Shown here in pieces: positions 9,660-19,956 of a DNA stretch of 64,000 nucleotides. The translations under genes were made by a program, and so were the position numbers. Source of the DNA: an uncultured Verrucomicrobiae bacterium (lineage in GTDB: Bacteria > Verrucomicrobiota > Verrucomicrobiia > Chthoniobacterales > Chthoniobacteraceae). Positions within the stretch are counted from its first letter, which is position 1, and every line of letters begins with the position of its first letter. The DNA lies in contig CAWGMG010000017.1 of the NCBI GenBank assembly GCA_963823615.1, forward strand, positions 52,730-116,729, given 5' to 3'. The notes beneath the pieces were generated by a model that searched no databases, was not told where the DNA came from, and was given only the letters and a program-made list of their open reading frames with translations.

Positions 9660-10131
9660 ATGACTGAAGAACAACTAAGCGCCCTGCTGCGGCTGAAGCG
9701 CCACGAGCAGCCGCCCCCGGGCTATTTCGACGATCTGCTGCGCGCGGTGCATCGCCGCCAGCGCGAGGAGTTGCTCCAGCGCCCGCTGTGGCGCATCGCG
9801 CTCGAGCGGCTGCAGTGTTTCTTCGGCGAGGCAGCTCCTGGCGCCGGTCTCGTACGCCGGCGTGCTGGCGGCGGTGGCCGTGGCGGGGGTGTTCACGATC
9901 CAGTCGATGAATCCCACGAGCGCATTCCCCCGGACAGGGCGAAGTTGCGACGACGGCCGCGATGCCCAGGCCACCGGAGCATCCGGCGGACCGGGCGCTG
10001 ACGCTGCAACAGCGGCATGAGCCGCTCATTTCGCAGCAGCAATTGGACGCGCAGATCGGGTTTGCGTCGAACGCGCCCCGCTATGTCATCGATGCGCGGC
10101 CGGTGAGTTATGAGGCTCCGTCTTCGTTCTA
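9660..10131 (+). CDS. putative anti-sigma factor (frameshifted)
   Basis: Directly downstream of the ECF sigma; N-terminus MTEEQLSALLRLKRHEQPPPGYFDDLL typical of anti-sigma N-domains; a TM segment appears in a shifted frame (LLAPVSYAGVLAAVAVAGVF); stop overlaps the next gene start. Confidence 0.45.
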
Positions 10132-11187
10132 GAGGCGTCTGGCTGGCCGCCGGGCTGGCGGTGGGCGGGGCGACCGTGTGCGCCGAGCCGCCGGGGCCGG
10201 CCAATGTCTTCGACCTGCTGCAAAAACAGGTGCAGCAGGAGATGGACAAGTGCCGCGACGCGGTGGTGCGCATCGAGTCGATGGACGAGCACGGGAAAGT
10301 GGCCGGGACCGGTTTTTTCATCGATCCGAACGGGCTGCTCTACACCTCTTTCACAGTCGCCGGGGAATCGCGCGACATCTTCGCCCGCTGGGACGGCGCA
10401 CAAGTATCCCGCGCGCCGGCTGGCCGCGGATCGCCGCTGCGGCCTCGCCATTTTGAAGGTCGACGCGCAGACCGCGTTCGTGCCGATCGGCCGCTCGGCG
10501 ACGCTCTCGACGGGCTCGCCGTTGATGACGTGCGGCTACCCGATGGACTTCCCGCTCACGCCGAGCTTCGGCCTCCTCGGCGGCTTCGAGCGCAAATACA
10601 TGGACCGCTATTTTGCGACGACCCACTTGCGGGCGAATCTCTCCGTGCAGCGCGGGGAAGGCGGCGCGCCCTTGCTCAATATGCGCGGCGAGGCGGTCGG
10701 CATTTTGATCGCGAGCCTGGATCAAGGCGGCGCTTCGTTTGCGCTGCCGATGGAGGCGGCGGAAAAAGTGCGGCGCGACCTCGCGCGCTTCGGCAGAATC
10801 CGGCAGGCCTGGCTCGGCTTGCAGATGGAGACGGCGGAGCAACCGACGCTCGGCTCGACCGCGCTGGTGCAGGATCTTTTCCCCGATTCGCCCGCGCTGA
10901 AAGCGGGCATCCACGTGGGCGATTCGGTCCTCGAGATCGCCGGCCGCAAGATCGCGAGCCCGGAGGACATGATCGACGCCTCGTTTTTCCTGAGCGTGGA
11001 AGACGCCGCGCCGGTGCGGCTCGCGCGCGACGGCGCGGAGTTGACGGTGCAGGTTACGCCCGTCGACCCGCCGCGGCCGGCGGGGCCGCCGGCGGTCCTC
11101 GGCTCCACGACGCGATCCCGCGCCGGCCAAGCCGTTCGAGCTGGGGAGCGGAAAATAGCGGCTGAAAATCAAGGGAGTTCTCTTTGA
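10110..11187 (+). CDS. HtrA/DegP-like S1C fold protein with PDZ domain; catalytic triad residues substituted (H->F, D->G, S->G), putative pseudo-protease; frameshift ~10405
   Basis: GTGFFIDPNGLLYTSFTV (His position is F), GLAILKVDA (Asp position is G), RGEGGAPLLN versus canonical GNSGGPL (Ser position is G); PDZ motif GIHVGDSVLEIAGRKI. Confidence 0.7.
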
Positions 11188-11220
11188 CATGGAGCGAAAC
11201 GCCCGCCTAGCCTGCGCGCC

Positions 11221-12042
11221 ATGAGGATCCTCGTGAACCATGACGGGCAACAGCTTGGCCCTTACTCCCTGGAAGAAGTGCGCGCCGCGCTGCAGGCCGG
11301 CTCGCTGAATGCCGGCGATCTCGCGTGGGTGGAAGGGACGCCCTCGTGGGTGCCGCTCTCTCGATCGTGAATGCGCCGGACGGCGGCGCAGCTTTCGCCG
11401 CCGCGACCGCGCAGTACGCCTCAGCTGCCGTACCAGCAGGTGGGCGAAACCTCGGGTCTGGCGATCACGAGCCTGGTCCTGGGCATCGTCTGCGTACGTC
11501 CTCTTCTGCATCGGCTTCTTTTTCTCCATCCCCGCGATCATCTGCGGACACATCGCCCGGGCCAATGTACGCAACTCGCAAGGCCGGCTCAAGGGCGACG
11601 GGCTCGCGCTCGCCGGGCTGATTTGCGGTTATGTTCACCTGGCCATCTTTGTGCTGTTTATGGCCTTTGGCGCGGTGACTCCGGCCATCAGCGGAGCCTT
11701 CGAGAAGGGGCGCGAAACCAGCACGATGAACGACGCGAAGCAGATCAGCACGGCGTGCATTCGATACGCGAGCGATCACGACGGGAAGTATCCCGATTCG
11801 CTGGAAGAGCTTGCGGACAAACAGGGGCTCGATCGCAACGGTGCTGCAACGGCCCCGGCGGCGGCTGGTTTCGATTACTTCGGCAAAGGGAAAACCCAGG
11901 CGGGAATCACGCAGCCGGATCGACGACGGCGATCGTGGCGGCGAAGAACGCGAACCGCCAGGGCAAGCGGGTCGTCGGGTACGCCGATGGCCATGCCAGC
12001 CTGGACACGTTTACGCCGGAGGACGCGCAAACTCGGTCCCGA
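11221..12042 (+). CDS. DUF4339(GYF-like)/DUF4190 membrane protein with H-X9-DG-like C-terminus, split over three frames
   Basis: MRILVNHDGQQLGPYSLEEVRAALQAGSLNAGDLAWVEGTPSWVPLS; TM segments FCIGFFFSIPAIICGHIA, LICGYVHLAIFVLF; C-terminus VVGYADGHASLDTF. Confidence 0.5.
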
Positions 12043-12108
12043 ATGAGGATGGCGGCGTCCGCGGAGGAGGCCGCGCCCGATGGATGTGCACGCCTACTTT
12101 TCTTCCCA

Positions 12109-12900
12109 TGAAAATCCCCACCCTCCTCGCCGCCGCGCTCGCCCTTAGCACCGCCTCGCCGCTTCACGCTGCGATCAAGACGGAAGTCATCCCTTACGAA
12201 CAGGGAGGCACCAAGCTGGAAGGCTTCCTCGCGTACGACGACGCCAGTCGCAAAGCCGCGGCCTGGCGTGTTGCTGATCCACGACTGGATGGGCGTGGGC
12301 GACTACGCGAAGAGCCGCGCGAAGCAGTTGGCCGAGCTCGGCTACGTGGCCTTCGCGGCGGACATCTACGGCAAGGGCAACCAGCCCGCGGACCAGAAGG
12401 CCGCGGGCGCGCTCGCCGGCCAATACAAGGGCGACCGCGCGCTCTACCGCGCGCGGCTGAAGGCCGGGTACGATCAGCTCGCGGCGCGGAAGGAAGTCGC
12501 GCCGGGAGAGATCGCCGCGATCGGCTATTGCTTCGGCGGCACCGGCGTGCTGGAGCTCGCGCGGAGCGGTGCGAACCTCAAGGGCGTGGTCACTTTCCAC
12601 GGCGGTCTCGCCACGCCGACGCCCGAGGACGCGAAGAACATCAAGTGCCCCGTGCTCGTGCTGCACGGCGCGGACGATCCATTCGTGAAGCCGGCGGAGG
12701 TCGCGGCCTTCAAGGAGGAGATGGAGAAGGCGCACGTGAAATACGAGTTCGTCGCCTACCCCGGCGCCGTCCATTCCTTCACCCGCCCCGATGCGGGCAA
12801 CGACAACAGCAAAGGCGCCGCCTACAACGAAGCCGCCGACAAGCAATCGTGGGCGGCGATGCAGAAGTTCTTCAAGGAGATCTTCGGAGCGAAAGGGTGA
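12109..12900 (+). CDS. dienelactone hydrolase family protein (frameshift ~12262)
   Basis: Signal peptide MKIPTLLAAALALSTASPLHA; DLH motifs GVLLIHDWMGVGDYAK..IGYCFGG..VLVLHGADDPFV..AYPGAVHSF. Confidence 0.8.
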
Positions 12901-13400
12901 GCACCGCCGGCGCCCGGGCGGAAGAGCCGACCGAGTACGAAGCGGCGCCGCTGTGGCGCCGCTTTTCCGCATTTGCGGTCGACTACGCGCTGGTCATCCT
13001 GATCGTCGCGATTCCTTTCGTCCTCGTCTCCGGGAACCAGGCGCTGTTTCTCCTGCTCGTCACGCTCAACTTCGCCACGGCGCTGAGCTACCGCTTGTTC
13101 GGCGACGGAATTTTCCAAGGCGCCGCCTTGGGCAAACGGCTCTTCGGCATCTACGTGGTCGACGCGAAAACAAGGCAGCCCTGCTCGAAGAAACAGGCGC
13201 TGCTGCGTATGATCTACCAGTGGGTCCCGGTGTTTGCCGTCGTCGACGGCATCGTCTTGATTTGCGATGGCCTGCAGCGTTGGGGCGACCGAATCGCGGG
13301 CACTTACGTCCTGCTTCGCCATCCAAAACCACCTCCGCTGCCCAAGCAATTGCGCCCCGTCGACTTTGCGGCGATCCGGGCCTCGCTCAAGAAACCGTAG
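12897..13400 (+). CDS. RDD family membrane protein
   Basis: GTG start overlapping the upstream stop; RRFSAFAVDYALVILI..; Arg-Asp-Asp spacing and two TM helices. Confidence 0.65.
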   Translation: MSTAGARAEEPTEYEAAPLWRRFSAFAVDYALVILIVAIPFVLVSGNQALFLLLVTLNFATALSYRLFGDGIFQGAALGKRLFGIYVVDAKTRQPCSKKQALLRMIYQWVPVFAVVDGIVLICDGLQRWGDRIAGTYVLLRHPKPPPLPKQLRPVDFAAIRASLKKP

Positions 13401-13430
13401 CGCACGCGATCCGCGCCGCGCATCTTTCAG

Positions 13431-14694
13431 TTGAACCCACCGCCCATTCCGGGCATTGATAGCTGCACCCCACGGCCCGTGACCCCTCCTGCCCCCAGAA
13501 CGAGAAGCCATCTCGTCGCGTTTTCCCTCGCGTTCGCGATCGCGGCGACGTGCCTCACGCTGGCGCTCTCGGCGAGCGGCCGGCTCGAGCAACACTACAT
13601 CCACGCCCTGGCGCCGGAGGTCGCGGTGGAGGAGACGAAGGCGAAGCTCCTCGGCGTCGTCCTCCAGCGCGTGGCCTTTGCGCAGCCGGATCTCCTCGTC
13701 CTCTACGGCAGCTCCGAGCTGGTGAAGCCGATGGAGAACCGGCCGAGCGATTTCTTCGCGGATTACCCGACCGGGCTTCACCGTCTTCCCCGTCGGCAAG
13801 CCGGGCGCGACCTCGCTCACGGTGGCGCAGAAGCTCGGCGGCGTCGGCGGGACGCTGCGCGGGAAGAAGCTCGCGATCTCGCTCTCGCCCGGCTGGTTCT
13901 TCACCGAGGTCTTCGATCCCAAATACTACGAGGGGAATTTCTCCGAGAACCAGGTGATGCAGCTCGTCTATGGCAACGAGCTGAGCTGGGATCTGCGCCG
14001 GGATCTCGCGCGGCGCATGGTCGAATACCCGCGCACCCTCGACAACCGCCCGCTGCTCGATTTCTCGCTGCGCTGCCTCGCGTCGGAATCGGCGGTGGAT
14101 CATTTGCTCTTCTACGTCTCGCAGCCGCTCGGCCAGCTCAACCGCGCCATCTGCCTGGCGCAGGACCATCTCGAGGTGGCCATCCATATCCTGGAGGAGT
14201 ACGACACGCTCAAGGCGCGGCCGCGGCTGGAGCGCCGGGTCGTCTGGAACGACGTGCTGAAGCGGGCGGTGCGCTTCTCCAACAAGAACGCGGTGCAGAA
14301 CAAGCGCAACGAAGTGGTGCGCCGGCACCTGCCGCGGGCGTCGCGCGATCTCGCGTTCCGCAGCACGCTCGCCGCGGCGAAGGAGTGGACCGATTTCGAG
14401 CTGATGCTGCGGGTGCTGAAGGAGCTGGGCGCGAAGCCGCTGATCATGAGCATGCCGGTCGAGGACATCCGGCTGGAGGTCTACGGCATCTCGCCGGAGA
14501 CGCGCACGGCCTACAACGAGCGCCTCGTCGGCCTCACCGCCCGCTATCAATTTCCGCTCGTCGACTTTCACGAGTACCAGCGCGACCCATCCTTTCTGGT
14601 CGATTTCCTCGATCACTTGAGTGCCTCCGGCTGGCTTTACTATAACAAGGCGCTGGACGATTATTTCCACGACCGCCTGACGCAGGCGAACTGA
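13431..14694 (+). CDS. dltD: DltD-like protein (frameshift ~13785)
   Basis: N-terminal TM anchor; LVLYGSSELVKP (GSSE motif) in the 13431-frame continues in the 13822-frame; DltD-like C-terminal region (..LIMSMPVEDIRLEVYGISPETR..). Confidence 0.65.
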
Positions 14695-14707
14695 GCCCCC
14701 AATTTTT

Positions 14708-14953
14708 ATGACTGAAAACTCCGATAAGATCATGGACGTCCTCGCCAACGTCGCCGAAACCGATGAGGTCCGCACCAACCCCGACCTGGCGCTCTACGAC
14801 CTGCAAATCCTCGACTCGATGAAGACCGTCGAGCTGATGGTGGCGCTCTCGAGCGAAGTCGGGGTCAACGTCTCGCCGGCGGAATTCGAGCGCGAAAGCT
14901 GGGCCACCCCGGCCAAGCTCGTCGCCGATGTCCTGCACCGAATGGAGGCCTGA
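14708..14953 (+). CDS. dltC: D-alanyl/acyl carrier protein (DltC-like)
   Basis: 81 aa; LQILDSMKTVELMVALSSEV contains the phosphopantetheine-attachment Ser motif (DSM). Confidence 0.65.
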   Translation: MTENSDKIMDVLANVAETDEVRTNPDLALYDLQILDSMKTVELMVALSSEVGVNVSPAEFERESWATPAKLVADVLHRMEA

Positions 14954-14958
14954 TTCCT

Positions 14959-15111
14959 ATGCAAAAACGTGTCCTGACCTGGATGGAAGCGCACCCGAAG
15001 ACGCGGACGGTGCTGCTCACGCTCTACTATCTCGGCGTGATCGCGGGCCTCGTGGCGCTGTACGGCCGCGGGGATTTCTCGACGCCGGCGTTTGTGTATC
15101 AGGAGTTCTGA
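14959..15111 (+). CDS. dltX: DltX-like small membrane protein
   Basis: 50 aa, MQKRVLTWMEAHPKTRTVLLTLYYLGVIAGLVALYGRGDFSTPAFVYQEF; single TM plus C-terminal F-x-Y-x-x-F motif typical of DltX. Confidence 0.55.
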   Translation: MQKRVLTWMEAHPKTRTVLLTLYYLGVIAGLVALYGRGDFSTPAFVYQEF

Positions 15112-15518
15112 GGTGAGTGCTGGCCGCCTGGCGTCTGGCGCGGCAGTGCGTCGGAACGTGCCTGGCTTGTTGAAAGGTATCGCCATTGGGGTTGCGTCAA
15201 TGCTTCGTGCTCGGTGCGCCATTGTCGCCGGGCGGGCATCCGCGAACGCGTGCATCGCCGAAGGACAGGCGCGATGGATTGCGCGCTCATTCCGACGGAG
15301 ACGGACGTTCGAGGAAGTAGTCCACTTGCGCAGCAGGATGACCCGACAATTCTGCGTGACCAGTGGAGTCCCGGCAGCGGGCGATGAGTTCGCGCGCGGA
15401 CCGGTCGTGCAGGGCAGGACGATCTGGATCCGGCGCGACCGTTTCATCCACTGGGAAACCGCGCGCTGAGCGCAAGCTGTTGCTTCCCCTGGCGCCGAGC
15501 TTGGTGTATTCCACCCGG

Positions 15519-16774
15519 ATGCAGCTTCTTCCCGGTTTTCGTGAGTTCCCGCCCGCCGAGTGCGCGCGGCGCAATTACATCCTCTCGCGCTGGCGCGAGG
15601 TCGCGCGGCGCTACGGCTTCGTCGAGTTCGATGGCCCGATGCTGGAGCCGATCGAGCTCTACCAGAAAAAGAGCGGCGGCGAGCTCGTCGGGCAGCTCTT
15701 CGATTTCGTCGACAAGGGGAAGCGCCACGTCGCGCTGCGGCCCGGAGATGACGCCGACGCTCGCGCGCATGGTGGCGGCGCGGCACCGCGATTATCGCAA
15801 GCCGATGAAGTGGTTTTGCGTGCCGCCGTTCTTTCGCTACGAGAAACAGCAGCGCGGCCGGCTGCGCGAATTCTGGCAGTTGAATTGCGATCTCTTCGGC
15901 GACAACTCGCCCGCGCGCCGACGCGGAGATGCTCGCCGTCGTCATCGACATGCTGCGCGTGCTTCGGCTTCGGCGCCGCAGGACTTCGTCGTCCGCCTGA
16001 GCGACCGCGACGCGTGGGCGCGTTTCGCGGCGAAGCACGGCGTCGCGGCCGAGAAACTGCCCGAACTGCTCGCGGTGGTGGACAAGCTGGAGCGCACGAC
16101 GGCCTGAGGAGAGCGCGGAGAGGCTCGCCCCGTTCGGCCTGAGCCTGGACGAGGTGCGCGAGTTCATCGCGAATCCCGGTGATGAAACGCAGAAGCTCGA
16201 CGGCATTCGCGCCGACCTGCGCGCGCGCGGGCTGGAGGAATACGTGGAGGTCGATCTCACAATCGTGCGCGGGCTGGCTTACTACACCGGGCTCGTGTTC
16301 GAGGTGTTCGACCGCGCAAAAAACGAGCGCGCGCTCGCCGGCGGCGGCCGCTACGACCAGCTCATCTCCGTGATGAGCGAAGGCAAGGTCGACCTCCCCG
16401 CGCTCGGCTTCGGCATGGGCGACGTGGTGCTCGGCAACTTCATCGACGACCACCCCGGCGCGGCGGAGAAGATGAAGCAATGGATCGCCTCGCAACACGC
16501 CGCGGATGTCTTCGTCATCATCGCCAAAGAGGAGCGCCGGCCCGACGCGCTCGCGCTCGTGCAGACGCTGCGCGAAGCCGGCCAGCGCGTCGATTACGAG
16601 CTCGGCGCCGCGAAAGTCGGCAAGCAATTCCAGACCGCCGAGCACCTCGGCGCGCGCTTCGCGGTCGTCATCGGCGACGAATGGCCGCAGGTGAAGGTGA
16701 AGACGCTCGCGACGCGCGAGGAGCGGGTGGTGGGGGTGGGGGAGGTGGCGGGGGTGGTGGCGGGCGGGGAGTGA
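15519..16774 (+). CDS. hisS: histidine--tRNA ligase, fragmented across at least 3 frames by indels
   Basis: [38 protein letters not shown] | ..[53 protein letters not shown] | ..[30 protein letters not shown].. plus C-terminal anticodon-binding domain. Confidence 0.85.
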
Positions 16775-16779
16775 GTGAA

Positions 16780-16924
16780 CAGAGACAATCAGACAATCAG
16801 ACAATCAGACAATCAGAGTTCCTAGCAGACGCGCGTCGGAACGATGGGGTGAGTTCGGAATGAACGTCACGTGCGCTGCACTCGTGCGGCGCCCCATTCT
16901 GATTGTCTGATTGTCCGATTGTCT
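16780..16924. repeat. inverted arrays of octamer CAGACAAT (4x, 16780-16817) and ATTGTC(T/C)G (3x, 16899-16924) flanking ~80 nt; long hairpin/cruciform potential
   Basis: cagagacaatcagacaatcagacaatcagacaatcagag ... ctgattgtctgattgtccgattgtct; lies between the hisS stop and the trx start. Confidence 0.7.
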
Positions 16925-16942
16925 TCCGCCTCCCCCCCGCCC

Positions 16943-17440
16943 ATGCGCCTCCTCCTCCTCGCCACCGCCGGCGCGCTGCTCTGTCTCGTGCACGCGCGAC
17001 TCCAGCGGCCCTGAAAGCGCGCCTGCCGATCGGTCAGCCGCTCGACCTCAAGTTCACCGCCGTCGATCAGCGGAAAGTCGATGTCGCCGAGATGAAGGGC
17101 AAGGTGGTCCTGATCGACTTCTGGGCGACCTGGTGCCCGCCGTGCGTGGAGGAGGTTCCGCGGATCAAAGCCGCGTACGAAAAGCTCCATGCCCAAGGGC
17201 TTCGAGATCGTCGGCATCAGCCTCGATTCCGACCTGGCGCAACTCAACGCCTTCACGACCGCCCACAAGATGGAGTGGCCGGAATACTTCGACGGCAAAG
17301 GCCCTGAGAACCAGTTCTTCGTGAAGTTCGGCCTCCGGTCCATCCCCGCGATGTGGTTGATCGATAAGGACGGCAACTTGCAGGACACAGACGCGCGGGA
17401 GGACCTCGCCGGCAAGATTGAGAAGCTGCTGGCGAAGTAA
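16943..17440 (+). CDS. TlpA-like thioredoxin-fold thiol:disulfide oxidoreductase (two frameshifts)
   Basis: Signal MRLLLLATAGALLCLVHA; VVLIDFWATWCPPCVEEVP (CxxC); C-terminus GFEIVGISLDSD..GLRSIPAMWLIDKDGNL. Confidence 0.7.
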
Positions 17441-17550
17441 CGAAAAGGGGTATTTTGCTTTGCCTGCAACCAGCCCGCTGGCGACGAACTTCTTTCCGGG
17501 CCCCTGTAGCCGGCCTTGCCCGCGGCGGGCGGGCTGCTTACGTTCCCTGC

Positions 17551-17934
17551 ATGAAGAAGCTCCTCCTCTCACTCCTCGCCATCCTCTCCACCGCCATGCT
17601 CGCCTCCGCCGCCGACTCGCAAAACGTCACGCCCGATCAGGCGGAGAAGTTGTTGAAAGAGAAGAAGGACATCGTGGTGCTCGACGTGCGGACGCCGGAG
17701 GAATTCAAGGAAGGGCACATCGCCGGGGCAAAGAACGTCGACTTCCAATCGGATGATTTCAAGAAGCAGGTCGCGGCGCTCGACAAGTCGAAGACGTACC
17801 TCCTCCACTGCGCCGCCGGCGGCCGGAGCACGCGGGCGCTCAAGGTGCTCGACGAGGACAAGTTCAGCCACATCTATCACCTGAACGGCGGCTTCAACGC
17901 GTGGAAGGAAGCGGGCAAGCCGGTGGCGAAATAA
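17551..17934 (+). CDS. rhodanese-like domain protein (periplasmic)
   Basis: Signal MKKLLLSLLAILSTAMLASA; VVLDVRTPEEFKEGHIAGAKNVD..LLHCAAGGRSTRA with active-site Cys. Confidence 0.8.
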   Translation: MKKLLLSLLAILSTAMLASAADSQNVTPDQAEKLLKEKKDIVVLDVRTPEEFKEGHIAGAKNVDFQSDDFKKQVAALDKSKTYLLHCAAGGRSTRALKVLDEDKFSHIYHLNGGFNAWKEAGKPVAK

Positions 17935-17964
17935 GCCTCGCATCCCCTGCCCCGCTCCCGCGTT

Positions 17965-18450
17965 ATGCCAGGCTCCGAGGAAATCACGCCCGCCGAACGC
18001 CGCTTCGTGCAAGCCGCCGATGCGCTGCGCGAGCCGAACCCGTGGACCAACAACGAGTGGCTCTGCCGGCCCGATCTCGTCGCGGCGGAGAAACTCCTGC
18101 TGGTGCGCGCGAACATGGCGCCGGGACACTGCCACCCGTTCCACTTTCACCCGCATCGCGAGGAGATCATCCACGTCGTCTACGGGCGCGCGGAGCAGTG
18201 GGTCGGCGACGAATACCGCATCCTCTCAGCCGGCGAGATCGCGCACATTCCCGCCGGCGCGATTCACGGCACATACAACCCTTTCGCCGAGCCGCTGGTC
18301 TTCCTCGCGATCCTCTCGCCCGCGAAATTGCCCGACGACCTCGCCGCCGCGCTCGACCCGCACGATGTCGGGACCGAGGAGCCGTGGGCCACGCTGCGCG
18401 CCTCGCGCGGGTTGGTGCGGTGCCAGTGGGGCGCCGGGCAGGAGGCGTAG
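17965..18450 (+). CDS. cupin domain protein
   Basis: HCHPFHFHPHREEIIHVVYG..IPAGAIHG shows a cupin His cluster. Confidence 0.65.
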   Translation: MPGSEEITPAERRFVQAADALREPNPWTNNEWLCRPDLVAAEKLLLVRANMAPGHCHPFHFHPHREEIIHVVYGRAEQWVGDEYRILSAGEIAHIPAGAIHGTYNPFAEPLVFLAILSPAKLPDDLAAALDPHDVGTEEPWATLRASRGLVRCQWGAGQEA

Positions 18451-18534
18451 CGCGAGCAGAAGCGGCAACGCTCGTCTTGACTGAGCGCCTCGCGCGGATT
18501 TCTTCACCTTCCTTCCCGGCGTATCATTGCCCAG

Positions 18535-19350
18535 TCAGCGATCCCACGAGTCGTTGAGCGGTTCGCCGACGTGACAGATCGGGCCGGTTGGAGGAGGTCG
18601 AGGCATCAGGCGTCGGAGTTCGCCCCGCCAATCTTCTTTCCAATTCGACAGCCGTTCTCCAAGCGTCGGATCGAAGCGGAGATACATATCGAAACGATCC
18701 ATGTCATCGGCCAGCGTGCGAATGAGAAGACGATCGGGAGCGACGAATCGCATCTCCGAGCCTTCGGACAACTCGATTCCCAGCTCTCGTTTGAAAGCAC
18801 CTTCCAGCGCCTTCGCATCGTGGAAGGAGGCGAGCGGCGATTGGGGGTGAATGGTCAAAGTGCGCTCGACGAATGGGCCGAGGAAGCGCTCGCTCACAAA
18901 ATAAAGAGTGTGGCCCGACTGACAACGCACAGGGCCGCAGCCCGAGAGAGTGCCGATGTAACGGGCGGCGTCGCTCACCGGAACATTCGTCAGGCTGATG
19001 GTGATGCGCGCGTCGGGATCGACCGGCGGCGGCACGCCGGCGAGCCCTCGGCCGGCCGCACCTGGCGATCTGCGAACAAAGCACGGCGGAGGATCAGGTT
19101 GTGTCCAGAGGGCGAAGTGCAAGTGCGCCGTTTCCGGGCGGTTCGCCAAGCCTTGATTCAACACGGCAATCGCCTCCGGCAGAGTGGCCTCGCGCAGCTT
19201 GAGTTTCGGGAGCACCGGGAGGCCGAGGCAGTGTTGAACTTTTGCGTCGATCGGGCCGGCCGTCGTAGGGGTGGCGACTCGAATCAGCGGGATCGCGACG
19301 CCGAGCGCCACGATGGCTAAAAACAGAGGTTGGACGAGGAAGCGCCGCAT
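18535..19350 (-). CDS. hypothetical secreted protein
   Basis: Signal MRRFLVQPLFLAIVALGVAIPLI; no known domain recognised. Confidence 0.45.
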   Translation of the reverse strand: MRRFLVQPLFLAIVALGVAIPLIRVATPTTAGPIDAKVQHCLGLPVLPKLKLREATLPEAIAVLNQGLANRPETAHLHFALWTQPDPPPCFVRRSPGAAGRGLAGVPPPVDPDARITISLTNVPVSDAARYIGTLSGCGPVRCQSGHTLYFVSERFLGPFVERTLTIHPQSPLASFHDAKALEGAFKRELGIELSEGSEMRFVAPDRLLIRTLADDMDRFDMYLRFDPTLGERLSNWKEDWRGELRRLMPRPPPTGPICHVGEPLNDSWDR

Positions 19351-19956
19351 GGCTGGGGATAGCCAGGAAAAGCCTACTTTCGCGAGGCGAATTGAGCCAG
19401 CCCAAATAACCCTTCGTGCGGCTTCCGAAGCGGCAGAGAACCGGCCGCAGGCAAGGTGCGGTTACCTGCATGAGGACCGCCGCGTGCGGGTGGCGGCTGA
19501 TGGCAGGGCTGCGAAGACCGCGCCCGCTCAGGCGTGACCCTGATTGCGAGCCGCCGGACGAAATAAAAGTGAAACACTTTTCCAATAGGAGTTGTGAGAA
19601 TCGGTGATTGAATCTTGGGGTGCTCACCGTGCCCTCATCCTCCCGGCAGGCTCAGAACCTCTGGCCCACCGCGGCAGCTGCGCAGTCGCCAAAGGCCCCT
19701 GAGCTTGCCGGCTGGGGAGTGCGTGCGCGGCCGCGCGGCCATGAATGCCGGGGGCCGAACCAGGGCCACGATCGATCGCAAACCGCTCCTGCCCGCGCAA
19801 GCGGCGGAGCACGCCAAACTCCACGCTGCTTCACGTGGTCCGCACAGTCCTCTGTGCGGTCGCCGCTTTCCGGGAAGATCGTCAGTGGCCGCGTTCGTTG
19901 TCTCTCGTTTGAAGCGGCTTCCCATAAAGCCGCGAAAGTCACGCTCGCCCACGCTT

